Shown one piece after another: positions 10,701 through 22,398 of a DNA stretch of 64,000 nucleotides. The position numbers and the translations under genes are program-made. Source of the DNA: Phyllobates terribilis. Lineage: Eukaryota. The stretch spans positions 295,554,001 through 295,618,000 of the forward strand of contig NW_027362767.1 in NCBI RefSeq assembly GCF_046119375.1, in the 5' to 3' direction. Numbering within the stretch: position 1 is the stretch's first letter; the number at the start of each line of letters is the position of its first letter. The notes beneath the pieces are model-generated. The model was not told the DNA's origin. It made no database searches and worked only from the letters and a program-made list of their open reading frames with translations.

Positions 10701-11667
10701 GCACCACCTCACCACCATCCCCCAATATGTCAGGAGCCGTGCCAGTCATGGGGCAGCTGCTACTGGCCAAGTCACAGTCCGTCGTGACACTGGTCGGCGG
10801 CACGGGACCACCGGCTTCAAGGTTCCCGGGCCTGCTCCCATCGCCCTTAGCACTCATGCTTGCTCCGTCTTGGGGGTCCTCAGCAACATCACCCCGCCGG
10901 GCGACGTGGCAGAGCTCTCCGTTACCACAATACATATCATCATTATACATCATATTAGTGTTCATATCACTGGCATTCTCATCACAGACGTTAATGACAG
11001 TGGCATTATATGACATATCAGATCTGGGAGGGTTGTCAGGAACATATTGGGCAATCAACCGTCCCAGATCAGTCCCCAATAAAACATTGGTCGGGAGGTT
11101 CTCTGACACCCCCACTTCCCGCAACCCCATTCCCGCACCCCAGTCTAGGAAAACCCGGGCCATGGGCAAAGGACGGTGAACACCCCCAATCCCGGTGACA
11201 GTCAAGGTTTTCCCAGGGATAAGATCTTCAGGGGACACCAACTCAGGGCGGATGAGGGTCCGTTCGGCTCCGGTATCATTGAGCCCCAGAGTGACTTTAT
11301 AACCCACTGTGACTGATTGAAAATTGTCACAGACCCCCCCAACCACTCCACCCACAAAAAGAACTGCTGCAGCAGGCCCCTGGGCCTTAGGTTTGAGGTT
11401 CTTCTTTTGCCTCTGCGGGCAGGTGAGGCTGATGTGACCAGTCTTGTCACAGGTATAGCACTTACGGGAGTCAGATGCGGGCTGGGTGCTAAAAGATGGG
11501 GAAGGACCCGCTGAGGGCCGGCTGGCTGGAACACTGGGGGTGGTCGTCGGCTTACCCCATTTCCAGCTGGTGGTGGCTGACTTCCGCACCTCTGGTGTGC
11601 GATTGGCCTCATAGGGATCCGCGATCTGGGCTGCTTTGGCGGCTTCCCTCGGCTCCCGGTCAAGCAC
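7744..11667 (-). pseudogene. pol: Zinc knuckle + pol (protease, integrase, RT, RNase H) in several broken frames
   Basis: In minus-strand order: CYTCDKTGHISLTC; LNDTGAERTLI (protease); HEIPLAGHLG...CITCQ and IAVDIIGPL...LTDQG (integrase); WASPVVLVPKKDG..RFCVDYRRLN (RT); VVQTDASAFGLGAVL and TIVTDHNPL (RNase H). Confidence 0.9.
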
Positions 11668-12554
11668 AAACTATCTCACTTCCACTGGGCAAAGATGAAG
11701 AAACTGGTCCTTCACCATCAGATCCTTCAGGTCCTCGAAGGTGGTGACTGACAGTCCTCGGATCCACTGCTCAAAATTGGTTCTGAGCCCGTCTACCACA
11801 TCACTGTAGGTGTCATGTGGTCCACGTTGGAGGGCTCTGAACTTTTTCCGGTAAACCTCCGGAGTCAGCTGGTACTTTTTTTTATCAGGGTCTGCTTGAC
11901 AGCCTCATAGTCTCCATCTTGTTCTCGAGGGAGGGAAGCAAACACCTCCAAGGCTTTGCCTCGGAGCCCTGGAGTTAAGTACCTGGCCCACTGGTCCATG
12001 GGCAGCTGATACTGCCCGCAGGCCTTTTCAAAGCCTCGCAGAAATGTGTCCAAGTCCCCATCCTTTTCCATCACAGGGAAGCGCTCAGGACGGGGTTTAA
12101 AGCAGTTGGCACTGTTGGACTCACGGGTCTGCGTGGAGGATGACTCCTTCTGAATCCGGGCTAGCTCCAGCTGGTGTTGTCGGTCAGCTTGGGCCTGGCG
12201 CTCAGCTCTCTCAGCCTCTCACTCCTGGAATTTCAGGATCAGATGCAGTCGTCCGTCACGATCGTCTGCATCGAACTGCTCCAAGGCCATCTGCAGGTGG
12301 GGGTCCACACTACCCTGGCTGCGGGTATGGCTGGCAATCACAGGTGGAACCCCTGCAGCAGCACCATCCGGGCCTTGGGTGGCCGCCCCATCATAAGGGC
12401 TTTGCTGTCGGACAAGCTCTGCATCACATTGCAACAGTTCAGCAATCATTTGGGCCTTGGTTTTGCCCGTGGGGTCAATCTGCCTCAGCTCACAGAGGGT
12501 AGTGATAGTAGTCTTCGCCTGCTGGTGATACCATGGCTCTCCACGTGTAGCCAT
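11600..12554 (-). pseudogene. gag: gag with SAP-like N-terminus, coiled coil and SCAN-like capsid C-terminal domain; broken by stops and a frameshift
   Basis: MATRGEPW... starts at 12554. In-frame TGA at 12221-12219, frameshift in an A8 run near 11880, TAG near 11672. Reconstructed YQLTPEVYRKKFRALQRGPHDTYSDVVDGLRTNFEQWIRG...LMVKDQFLHLCPVEVR*FVLDREP. Confidence 0.8.
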
Positions 12555-12755
12555 TATTGCCAAACAAAAGATAGGACAGAAAAACAAGAGAAGGGAGGGG
12601 ATGCAACTGCTACACGTATAGTAATGTCCCAGATAAAAAAAATATTAAAACACTGAGTCTGATTTCTTAAAACTCTGCACAGAATTCTCGCAAGAACCGT
12701 GCAAGTTTTCAGTGACAGGAATGATTGCTCAATCCTGCCACTGATGTTCTGCAAT

Positions 12756-12774
12756 ATCCCCCCGCTTGCCACCA
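12756..12774 (-). promoter_or_regulatory. Primer-binding site, tRNA-Leu-like (imperfect)
   Basis: Minus strand TGGTGGCAAGCGGGGGGAT versus the tRNA-Leu complement TGGTGGCAGCGGTGGGAT; starts 3 nt inside the LTR. Confidence 0.65.
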
Positions 12775-12777
12775 ATT

Positions 12778-14060
12778 TGTCAGGATTTCCAACACACAGG
12801 CGAGACGACACCGGGGACATCACGCAATATCTCACCGTGCCGTCACGCTGTCCGTCATTTCGTCTGTAGTCGTGAGCACGCGATCCAGACTACTCTCTAT
12901 GTAGGTATCGGTAAGCGACCAGTGAGCGCATGGCGTAACACCCTGGGTTCCAAAGCCTGGAATCCGTGTTTAACACCCTCCGTACGGTCACTGTCAGCTT
13001 CACGATAGCCCAATTATTATTATTCTCTGCCACCACCGGCCGAGTTTGAAATATAATACAGGCCTGGTCGGATGCCTGCGTTTTGGTAGCGTATATGGTT
13101 TCGGGGAAGGGAACGATTACAGAACAAAAGAAACAGGACTATTACATTTTATATTTAATCCAAAAGGGAGGCAGTGTTTAGGAAAAATATATACAAGGAT
13201 GGTACAAAGGAGACATTAAAATACATACGCAGTTACATAAAATAAACAGAATGAAAGAAGATAACTTACTTACACTATACGATCGCGGAGACGATTCAAT
13301 ATAGGTGGAGGAGGGGCTCCCCAGTCGGATTATGCTGTTATTGAACAGGACCCGTTGCTTATAATTCTTATTCCCCCCTGGCAATGAGTGCTTCTGTACT
13401 GTGCATGGGTTCTCTTATACCTAAGGGGAGATCTGGCCACACGCCCCTAGTGGTGACATCATGTGGGCCGGTCTCCAGCCTGTACATTTTCATTAAAAAC
13501 ACTAACTTCTGCGATAATTCACCGCTCGTTGATCACAGAAGCTTGCAAACTACGCCATTTTTTCCCTTATAATTTTATCTTTATTTAGAGACCACACATC
13601 GCATAGCTGCAGTCTGCTATTCTGGTGTTTTTGCGCTACAGCTCCCTGATTACATTCCTGAGCTGATTAGGCCACTAAACATATGGGTCTCATTACTGTC
13701 GGACGTATGGAACTCATAATATTTCATAGTTCATATTGGAGTCAGTTCATCTGCAAATTTCCCTTTGAGGCTCGGGAAACAACCTCACGGTTACACGCGA
13801 ATTAGTGCAAGCCTGAGTTTTAATTACCTCCTGCGTCTTTCAGAGACAAGATGCTTGCTTCCTAATGAAGTTATAATACTCCTTGGCTGGCCTTGTTTGC
13901 ATAAGCTATTTCCCAGAGGTGTGTTAATTGGGGCTTTTGTGCTGAGGAAAATGGGACAGCTCGGTGCTGACAAGTTGTGAGGGGAGTAAGGGAGGGGGGT
14001 GAACATCTATATCAGGCAAATATGGAAGAACATTTTACTGACATTAATATCTTCCTGACA
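12778..14060 (-). repeat. 5' LTR of the Gmr1-type element
   Basis: Direct repeat of 6392-7685; followed on the minus strand by the PBS. Confidence 0.92.
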
Positions 14061-14539
14061 TTTTTCATTAGAGCTGTGTGAGGGCTCGTTTCTTATATGA
14101 CGAGCTGTAGTTTTTATCGGGACCATTTTGGGATACACCTTTTTTTATCACTTTTTTGCCTTTTTAGAGAAGGTTGGGTACCAAAAAACACAACTCTCCC
14201 ATTTGGATTTTTTCTATATTTATGGCTTTATAGTATTTATCCTGCGGACTAATTAATTGTTATTTTTATATTTTTCTTTTCTTTATTTTTAACTGGGGAA
14301 AAGAAGGGTAATTAATTTTTTTTTTATTATTATTATTTCAATAACTTTTTTTACTTTATGCTTTATGTTTTAGTCTTCATACTGGAATTGAACCTTCAAT
14401 TGCTTGATCGCTTGATCAATTGTAGTACCAAGATGGCAGAGATGGATAACTTCAGCTAAACATCTACATGTACGTTACACAGGATTTATATTTTATAAAA
14501 CGCAGTGAAATAAAGACACTATATTGCTAACTTTACAAA

Positions 14540-14790
14540 GGCAGCATGGACTGGGATCCAGTGTTCAATTATGACCATGGGTAACATCCTTGGTGTTTGT
14601 AAATTCTTCCCTTGTTCGCTTGGGTTTTCTCTTGGTAGTCTGATTTCTTCCCACACTCCAAACATATCCCGATAACTTCATTGGCGCCTATAAAATTAGC
14701 CCCATTGTGTGTTTCAAATAGGAAATCTAATTTTTAACCCAATGGCAGACAGGGGTTGAGAAATAAAAAAAATCTGTGTACTGTGCTGTG
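14540..14790 (+). mobile_element. Degenerate V-SINE-like (tRNA-derived) element
   Basis: tgtttgtaaattcttcccttgttcgcttgggttttctcttggtagtctgatttcttcccacactccaaacat resembles the V-SINE central domain (GTTTGCATGTTCTCCCCGTG..CGTGGGTTTCCTCCGGGT.CTCCGGTTTCCTCCCACA.TCCAAA). Confidence 0.55.
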
Positions 14791-17700
14791 GAATAAATGG
14801 GCAAATAACAGAAAATAAATTGAATTACGACAATCAGGTTGCTTTTTAGTACATCAAATGTATGTGAGATGTCTGTGTATAACTAATTGTATGAGCAGAT
14901 CCCGTAAGCTAGCGTTGGTATGGCTGTAGTAAGTTATGAATATCTCCTAATTACTCGCCAAGAGTTTTCCCACAATCATGAATTGTGGCAGAGTAACACA
15001 CTCCACAATATTTCACAGATGTTATTCTTCCACACTTTACCTTCATTTCTTAGCTCGAATGTCAGGTGTTTAGTGGCAGGTTTTATTTATGATCGCGCTA
15101 TTGTAATGGAGAGAGCGATCATTAATCACCTGTTAAGGATATCATTCTCAGGATCAAAGGTCCTGTTAACCCCAAGAGGCATTTTAAAATTCTGTCCTGG
15201 CTCTGACACCTTAGCCTGGAATGAATTTTTTCCAGCGGCGATGCATCCGCGGCTGGCTCTTGTCTGGCCTCTTTTGCAAAGGCGTCTTGTCTGGCCCCTT
15301 GGCTGCCTTTACTGGCTGCAACAACACCTTCCTGTGGGTTTAGGGAGCGGGTCGGGCTGCTGCAGGCTGAATTTGCTCTGGCTGAACTTGGCCTTGGGAG
15401 AAGTCAGATTTCTTTTCTGTTTCTCTGGGAATTGAGCCTTGCACTTGAGCCATGCGACCGGACACATGCCACTCTGGCTGCCTTTTCTCCAGTCTTGGAG
15501 CTCTGAGGAAGGTCAGCTCTGTAATAGGGAGTTGCCCCATTGTTAACCTTAGGGGAAAATGAATATTAGGTAAATTCCCATAAGTGTAAGAACAAATGTT
15601 TACTTAGCATTTGCCTCACCCAAGCCTCTGAAGGCTACCAAAAGGCTCAGTTGTCGGGATCATGTTTGTTATTCTTGGTGTTAACCCTCAGATTGTCACA
15701 TTCTTTACGTCACTGAAAAATCACCAAAAGGAGTTAAAACTGCGGCTTTACAATTCATACTTTAACCATTCGAACTTACAGTAAATGAACTGTAAAATTA
15801 CTTCTTCAATTTGCACCTGCCTTGCAAAGTCTGTGATTTGCTGTCTGAACTTAATGTTTTTATTAAGTGCAGTAATTTCCTTGTAACATAGTAATAACAG
15901 CGGGAGGTAGTTTATGATTCTCAGACTGGTCCCTCCACATTCTGTTTCATGGAAATCTGCTTTGAGACATGGTGTAAACATTAGAGTCACATGTAAAGCA
16001 AGTGTTGGTATTCTCGGTCAACTATGGACAGCGACAGGTTCTACTAGATAGAGATTTTACACCAAAGCACAAGAGGTGTATGAATGTCTGGTGAATGTGT
16101 AAGGAATGGAAATACAGCCAAGACAGGAAACCCTTGTGTAGAATCATTTCTGTCCGTTCACGAGGGTGCGGAGATCATGTGTACAGTTCCATCAGATCAA
16201 GAGTCCAGACATTACTGCAGCCAAAGTCCAGAACCAGTGCCATGAGCATAGGAGTTATGACCTTGTGGTCACCTAGGAGACTACTGGCAGCAGATTGTTA
16301 GGTCTGGCCAGATACTTGAGATACTAGTGGCAACTAAAACTTAAAGTTTGGAAGTTATCCCCATATCTGATTGCCGGGACACCCATCAATCACAACAACC
16401 AGGGCTCTGAAGAGTACTGTCTGAATGGGGCGGAGGTCGATCATGTGTACTGTCACTCCATTCATTCTTAATGTGACAACTGGAGATAGCCGAGCAGTGT
16501 GTTTGGCTAGATTTCAGCACTCCCATAAGTATGAACGGTACAGCATTGCACATGGTCTGGACCCCCAGTATTCGGAAAGTTAACCCCTATCCCATTGATA
16601 GAGGCTAACTCCAAGTTTGAGAATGCCAATGTATATGGTGGGGGACAAATAGCTTGGGAGCAGTCAGGAACACAGGCAATTCTTGCCTCTGGAAGACATT
16701 CTCTGAAAAGTGCTCCCACTGAGCACATACATCGCAACTATAACAGAGGGGAGTACAGAAGTCAGTTGTGGCATGAAATTGTCATAATCCATTATCACGC
16801 AGATAGACTTTCTAAACTGGCTGAGCACTGACTTGGCACTGGAGATTGCTGTGTCGCCAGTACTACAGAGACTGTGTAAGGTTATATTTCGTGTAAGTTA
16901 TTTGCAGACTGTTACCAATTTTTTGCTGCAATCTTTTTATCAAAGAAAGAATTAACTGTAATGCCTTCCATTTGTTGTGTTTTCTTCCTCATTTTCCAAC
17001 TGGATCTGTGTAGCCTTCAAATTGAAAAACTGTGTGGTAATACTCATTTGTAACAGTTAAACCTATGATTACATCTGATCATATGATAGTCCTCTGTATA
17101 AATATAATCCCCTCTTTTAACAGAACATATAGAACCTATCGAGTACACACAAGAGATATGGGATGCAAATATATAAAAAATAATATTAAGGTTTATTGAC
17201 AAATAATTAATTTACAAATAGAGGTGTGCCTATATTATATACAAATTGTAGACAGACACCAGAGACAACAAGATATACACACTGTGCCCCAATATGATAT
17301 TACCGTTGGCTATCTTGACATTGGCTATGTAGCATATATATAATCACATCAAATAAGATATATACCATATATTGAACAGTACATCCACATAAATATTGCA
17401 ATTTTAGTAAATATATAGATTGCAGCTCAACATATGGTGCTGATGATAGTAAATCAAGGTATATGGGTGGGACAATACATGACTACAATAATATCCATGG
17501 TCCATACCTATACCAAAAACTAACCATCACAGTTACTGCAGCATATATGGTCCCTGCATACATCCATAATATTCATAATGCAAACCCTATAGTACGAATA
17601 ATGCAGACCCTATAGCGCAAGGTTGCAATGAAATGGTTAAGTACCTGTATTCATGATGCTGGACCAAGGAGAGAAGGGGAAGGTGCGCAAACACATCGAT

Positions 17701-17808
17701 GCGCGTTTCACCGCTCACCGATGCGGCTTCATCAGGAGGTCTAATTAATTAAATTATTTGTCAATCATTAATTATTTGTCAATAAACTTTGATATTATTT
17801 TTTATATA

Positions 17809-19378
17809 CACTGCTCAAAAAAATAAAGGGAACACTTAAACAACACAATGTAACTCCAAGTCAATAACACTTCTGTGAAATCTACCAGTCCAGTTATGAA
17901 GCAACACTGATTGTGAATCAATTACTCCTGCTGTTGTGCAAATGGAACAGACAACTGGTAGAAATGATTGGCAATTAGCAAGATAAGCCCTATAAAGGAG
18001 CGGTTCTGCAGGTGGTGACCACAGACCATTTCTCTGTTCTTATTCTTTTTGGCTGTTGTTTTGGTCACTTTTCATTTTGCCATTGCTCTCACCCCTAGAG
18101 GTACAGTAGCATGAGGCGGTATCTACAGTACAACCCACAGAAGTTGCTCAGGTAGTGCAGTTCATCCATGATGGCACATCAGTGCGAGCTGTGGCAAGAA
18201 GGGTAGCTGTATCTGTCAGCACAGTGTCCAGAGCATGGAGCACATACCAGGAGATATGGAGGGAGCCATAGGAGGGCAACAACCAAGAAGCACGACCGTT
18301 ACCTCCTCCTTTGTGCAAGGAGGAACAGGAAGAGCACTGCCAGAGCCCTGCAAAATGACCTCCAGCAGGCCACAAATGTGCATGTGTCTGCACAAACGGT
18401 TAGAACCGACTCCATGAGGGTGGTATGAGGGCCCGACGTCCACAGATGGGGGTTGTGCTCACAGCCCAACACCGTGCAGGACGCTTGGCATTTGCCACAG
18501 AACACCAGGATTGGCAAAGTTGCCACTGGCGCCCTGTGCTCTTCACAGATGAAAGCAGGTTCACACTGAGCACATGTGACAGACGTGACAGAGTCTGGAG
18601 ACGCCATGGAGAGCGATCTGCTGACTGCAACATCCTTCAGCATGACCGGTTTGGCAGTGGGTCAGTAATGGTGTGGGGTGTCATTTCTTTGGAGGGCCGC
18701 ACAGCCCTCCATGTGCTCTCTAGAGGTAGCCTGACTGCCATTAGGTACCGAGATGAGATCCTCAGACCCCTTGTGAGACCATACGCTTGTGCGGTTGGCC
18801 CTGGGTTCCTCCTAATGCAGGACAATGCCAGACCTCATGTGGCTGGAGTGTGTCAGCAGTTCCAGCAAGATGAAGGCATTGAAGCTATGGACTGGCCCAC
18901 CCATTCCCCAGACCTGAATCCGATTGAGCACATCTGGGACATCATGTCTCGCTCCATCCACCAACGTCACGTTGCACCACAGACTGTCCAGGAGTTGGCG
19001 GATGCTTTTGTCCAGGTCTGGGAGGAGATCCCACAGGAGACCATCCGCAATCTCATCAGGAGCATGCCCAGGCGTTGTAGGGAGGTCATACAGGCACGTG
19101 GAGGCCACACACAATACTCAGCCTCATTTTGACTTGTTTTAAGGACATTACATCAAAGTTGGATCAGCCTGTAGTGTGTTTTTCCACTTTAATTTTGGGG
19201 GTGACTCCAAATCCAGGCCTCCATTGGTTAATACATTTGATTTCCATTGATGATTTTTGTGTGATTTTGTTGTCAGCACATTCAACTTTGTGCAGAACAA
19301 AGTATTCAATGAGAATATTTCATTCATTCAGATCTAGGATGTGTTATTTCAGTGTTCCCTTTATTTTTTTGAGCAGTG
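17809..19378 (+). mobile_element. Full-length Tc1-family DNA transposon
   Basis: TA at 17807-17808 and 19379-19380. TIRs cactgctcaaaaaaataaagggaacact / agtgttccctttatttttttgagcagtg. Length 1570 bp. Confidence 0.95.
18111..19132 (+). pseudogene. Tc1 DD34E transposase; N-terminus frameshifted, catalytic half open (18425-19132)
   Basis: VLFTDESRF ... LMQDNARPH ... SPDLNPIEH, with 34 residues between the second D and the E. Confidence 0.92.
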
Positions 19379-19838
19379 TATTGGCATCCCACATCTCTTG
19401 TGTGAATTTGATAGGTTTTCTATAATTACATCTGGACTGAAAAAGTTCATCAGTGGTAGCAGTCACAGTTGGGCCCTGGTGCCTGAAATGGTCCAGACTT
19501 CTTCTGGTAAAGAAGAAAACACCAGTATCATGGCCGATGGTAGATACATTTACACTGGGGCATAGGAGCTTCAAGCTATGCTCCTGTGTAACTTGGGATT
19601 GTCTTAATCTTCTCTCTTTTATAACCTTACTTATTAATATCCTTCAGGCCACAGTCGAACATAACCTTCTGACATGTTAGATTTTTTTTTATAAAATCGT
19701 AAAAGGGTACCCTGATGAGGACCGTACTGTTGTTATTGTGTTTCTGCAAATATAAATAAAGCACAACTTAAAGGAATAGTCCACTACTGGACAATCCTGG
19801 ATAAATCGCTTCAATGTGCAATAAAGAATAAAAACAAT

Positions 19839-21335
19839 CCCATTTAGAGAACGTGCCATTTATGACGACTCTTTGTTTCCTGACTTTTAGCCAATTCCTT
19901 ACCCATCTGCATATAGTTCCCTCAAGTCCTTGCTTCTGTAACTTCAGTATAAGGCTGTTATGTGGCGCAGGATGAAATGCCTTTGCAAAGTCCAAATAAA
20001 TCACATCAGCCGCATTACCAACATCTAGATTTGCACTTACCTCCTCATAGAAACCCAGAATGTTGGTTAGACATGACCTATTTTTCATGAATCCATGCTG
20101 GTTATCATTTTTTATATTATCTCTGCAATATAACTCTGCAGGTCATCTCTTAGGATGCCCTCAAAAACTTTGCACACTGCTGATGTCAGACTTACCGGAC
20201 GTTAGTTACCTGGATCCACCTTCTTACCTTTCTTAAATATCGGTTCGGTACCACATCAGCCATCCTCCAATCCTGTGGCACCAACCCTGTTACAAGAGAG
20301 TCTAAGAATATGAGATACAGCGATCTGTCAATTACTGAGCTCAATTCCCTCAGTATCCGTGGATAAAATGCCATCTGGGCCGTGGGATTTATCAATGTTT
20401 AATTTGCTCAGATGCAGGCATATTTCTTTTTGTGTTAAACTAGTTATATTAGGTGGTGAACTTTGATTTTTGCCTTGTTGAAATATTCCTGGAATAGACG
20501 GTTCATTGGAGAACATGAATGAAAAGTGTCTGTTTTTTCTTTGTCCTCTATAATTATCTTGTTATTATCGTCTTTTAAGGGGCCAATACCATCTGTTTTT
20601 TTCTTTTTGGCATTAATGTATTCATAAAAAATGTTGAGATTTATTTTAATGTCACTGGCGATTTGTTTCTCTGTAGATAACTTGTAAGCTTGATTTCTTT
20701 TTTACATTTCTTATTTAGATGTTTATACTCCTGAAAAATGCTATTTCTGCATTCTCGGCCTTCAAGATTTTGAATGCCCTTTGTTTTTGCCTCATTAAAC
20801 TTTGTACTGTCTTATTTATCCATAATATTTTTTTTATTCCTTGACATTTTATTACCAGAGGGAATAATTTTTCTACAGGATTCTAGTAGTATTTTCTTGC
20901 TCGGTATCCCCAGTTACCATGACAGGCTCCCAGTCTACAGGATTAAGCTCTTCCCTTAATTTGTTGAAATCACCTTTCCTAAAGTTCCAGGTCTTTCCAT
21001 TTCCCCTTTTGAATGTTTGATTGAAAATTACATTGAAACTTATCATATTATGGTCACTGATCCCCAAATGCTCCCTGACCTGTAGATCTGAAATTGTATC
21101 TGGTCTATTTGTCAGAACCAGATCCAGCACATTATCCCCCCCCCCCCCGGTTGGTTCATCTACCAGCTGAGAGAGGTAATTGTCCGGAACTGTGGATAAG
21201 AACCTGCAGCTTTTAGCACAACCAGGAGATTCTATGTCAAATTGAATGTCTGGATAGTTAAAATCCACCATAATGAGAACCCTTTTAGTATTTACTGCCT
21301 TTTTAATTTGTTGCAGCATTTCATCCTCTACCTAT
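19839..21335 (-). mobile_element. CR1 LINE ORF2 fragment (endonuclease end to RT), degenerate
   Basis: VLIMVDFNYPDI...LDLVLTNRPD (APE); HGPDGI; SCLTNILGFYEEV...DVIYLDFAKAF...WLKVRKQRVVINGTFSKW (RT). Multiple frameshifts. Confidence 0.88.
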
Positions 21336-22398
21336 TTCTATGTTATATATTTGCACTATTGCTTTTTACTTACTCCTAGCAGGTTATATGTTCATTTTAT
21401 TTCTATCTTAGGTTTTGTCTGTTTAATGGCCAGTGTGAATATGCTCCTACACACTGCATGTATACCAGCTTATACTCCAGCTCATTTCTTTAGGTTTTTG
21501 CATGTAATCGCATGGCCTCCGATTTTTTTAGCTGCGCATTATGTTTACATAGCTTCCCATTGCTGGATGTCCACATTGGGACCCCGTCCTGCTCACGTTG
21601 AGTTCATTTTTGACACATGGTAAGGTTTCAATACTAGAAGTTAGGACCGTCCCACTGGGTACACCTTGGCACTGGTGGGATAGCTTTTATTCTTTCTTTA
21701 ATTAAAAAAACAGTGTTTACTAAGTACCCTATGTTATTTTTATGCACTATTGCTTTTTACTTACTTATAGCAGGGTACGTGTTCATTTTGTTTTTATCTT
21801 AGGTTTAGATACAAACTGTGCAGGTAGTGTGAAACCAGATAGGTCATATCAACCACATGGTGGCCATCCTTTCAAGTGAGAGGGAAAGTGTGGAGATTAT
21901 CCTAATCTCTGATGTACAAAGCACACAGGTCATTGCAGAAGATTTCAACCAATGCCATGCAAACAGGCCTCCCATTACTCACAGTGCAATTGCCAAATTA
22001 TTGCCAGTACTGATCAGCACCTCATAAGGAAAATGAAGGTTTATCTGAAAACCCACTCTGCAACTTCTACGAAATGGTCATCGTATTCATCTTCGTCAAG
22101 GGTACATCTGAATTTTGCAAGGGTACAATTAGTGAGTAGACAACATTTGCTGAATTGGGGAACAGCAACCCAATGGTCTGGAAGCCAGAACAGCAATTGC
22201 TGTTGCTACATCCATAGAGGTTTTTGGTGGCCCAGCTTTCAGATTTTGTTGACAGCATCTGTTTCTCAGAAATTTGCAAGAAGTTTGGAAACTGCACTGT
22301 GGGTAATTGAAAACCTGTTTTGGTGCATTGGTTGCAATTAGTGTTGAGCGAATTTGTTCAGCGAATGTTCGAAAGTTTCAAATTCGGCACATATATGG

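Larger units (their letters stand above)
6392..14060 (-). mobile_element. Full-length but degenerate Gmr1-type Ty3/Gypsy LTR retrotransposon
   Basis: LTRs 6392-7685 and 12778-14060 (TG...CA). TSD tttt(t) on both sides. PBS-like site and PPT (aaagagggtgagt next to 7685 on the minus strand). Pol order is PR-IN-RT-RH. Confidence 0.93.
17127..19428. mobile_element. Non-coding element with ~85-bp inverted arms and a degenerate hammerhead motif (possibly Penelope-like derived); right arm split by the Tc1
   Basis: 17127-17212 (atagaacctatcgagtacacacaagagatatgggatgcaaatatataaaaaataatattaaggtttattgacaaataattaat) is the reverse complement of 17767-17808 joined to 19379-19428. Confidence 0.55.

Noticed and set aside
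14925-15640. Possible degenerate solo LTR and the 171-aa ORF at 14920-15435
   Set aside because: Termini and TSD could not be confirmed; the ORF has no motif.
15748-15990. Possible 78-nt exon (EITALNKNIKFRQQITDFARQVQIEE)
   Set aside because: Weak acceptor and no recognised protein.
19705-19735. CTGATGAG hammerhead-like start
   Set aside because: No GAAA box or stems follow.
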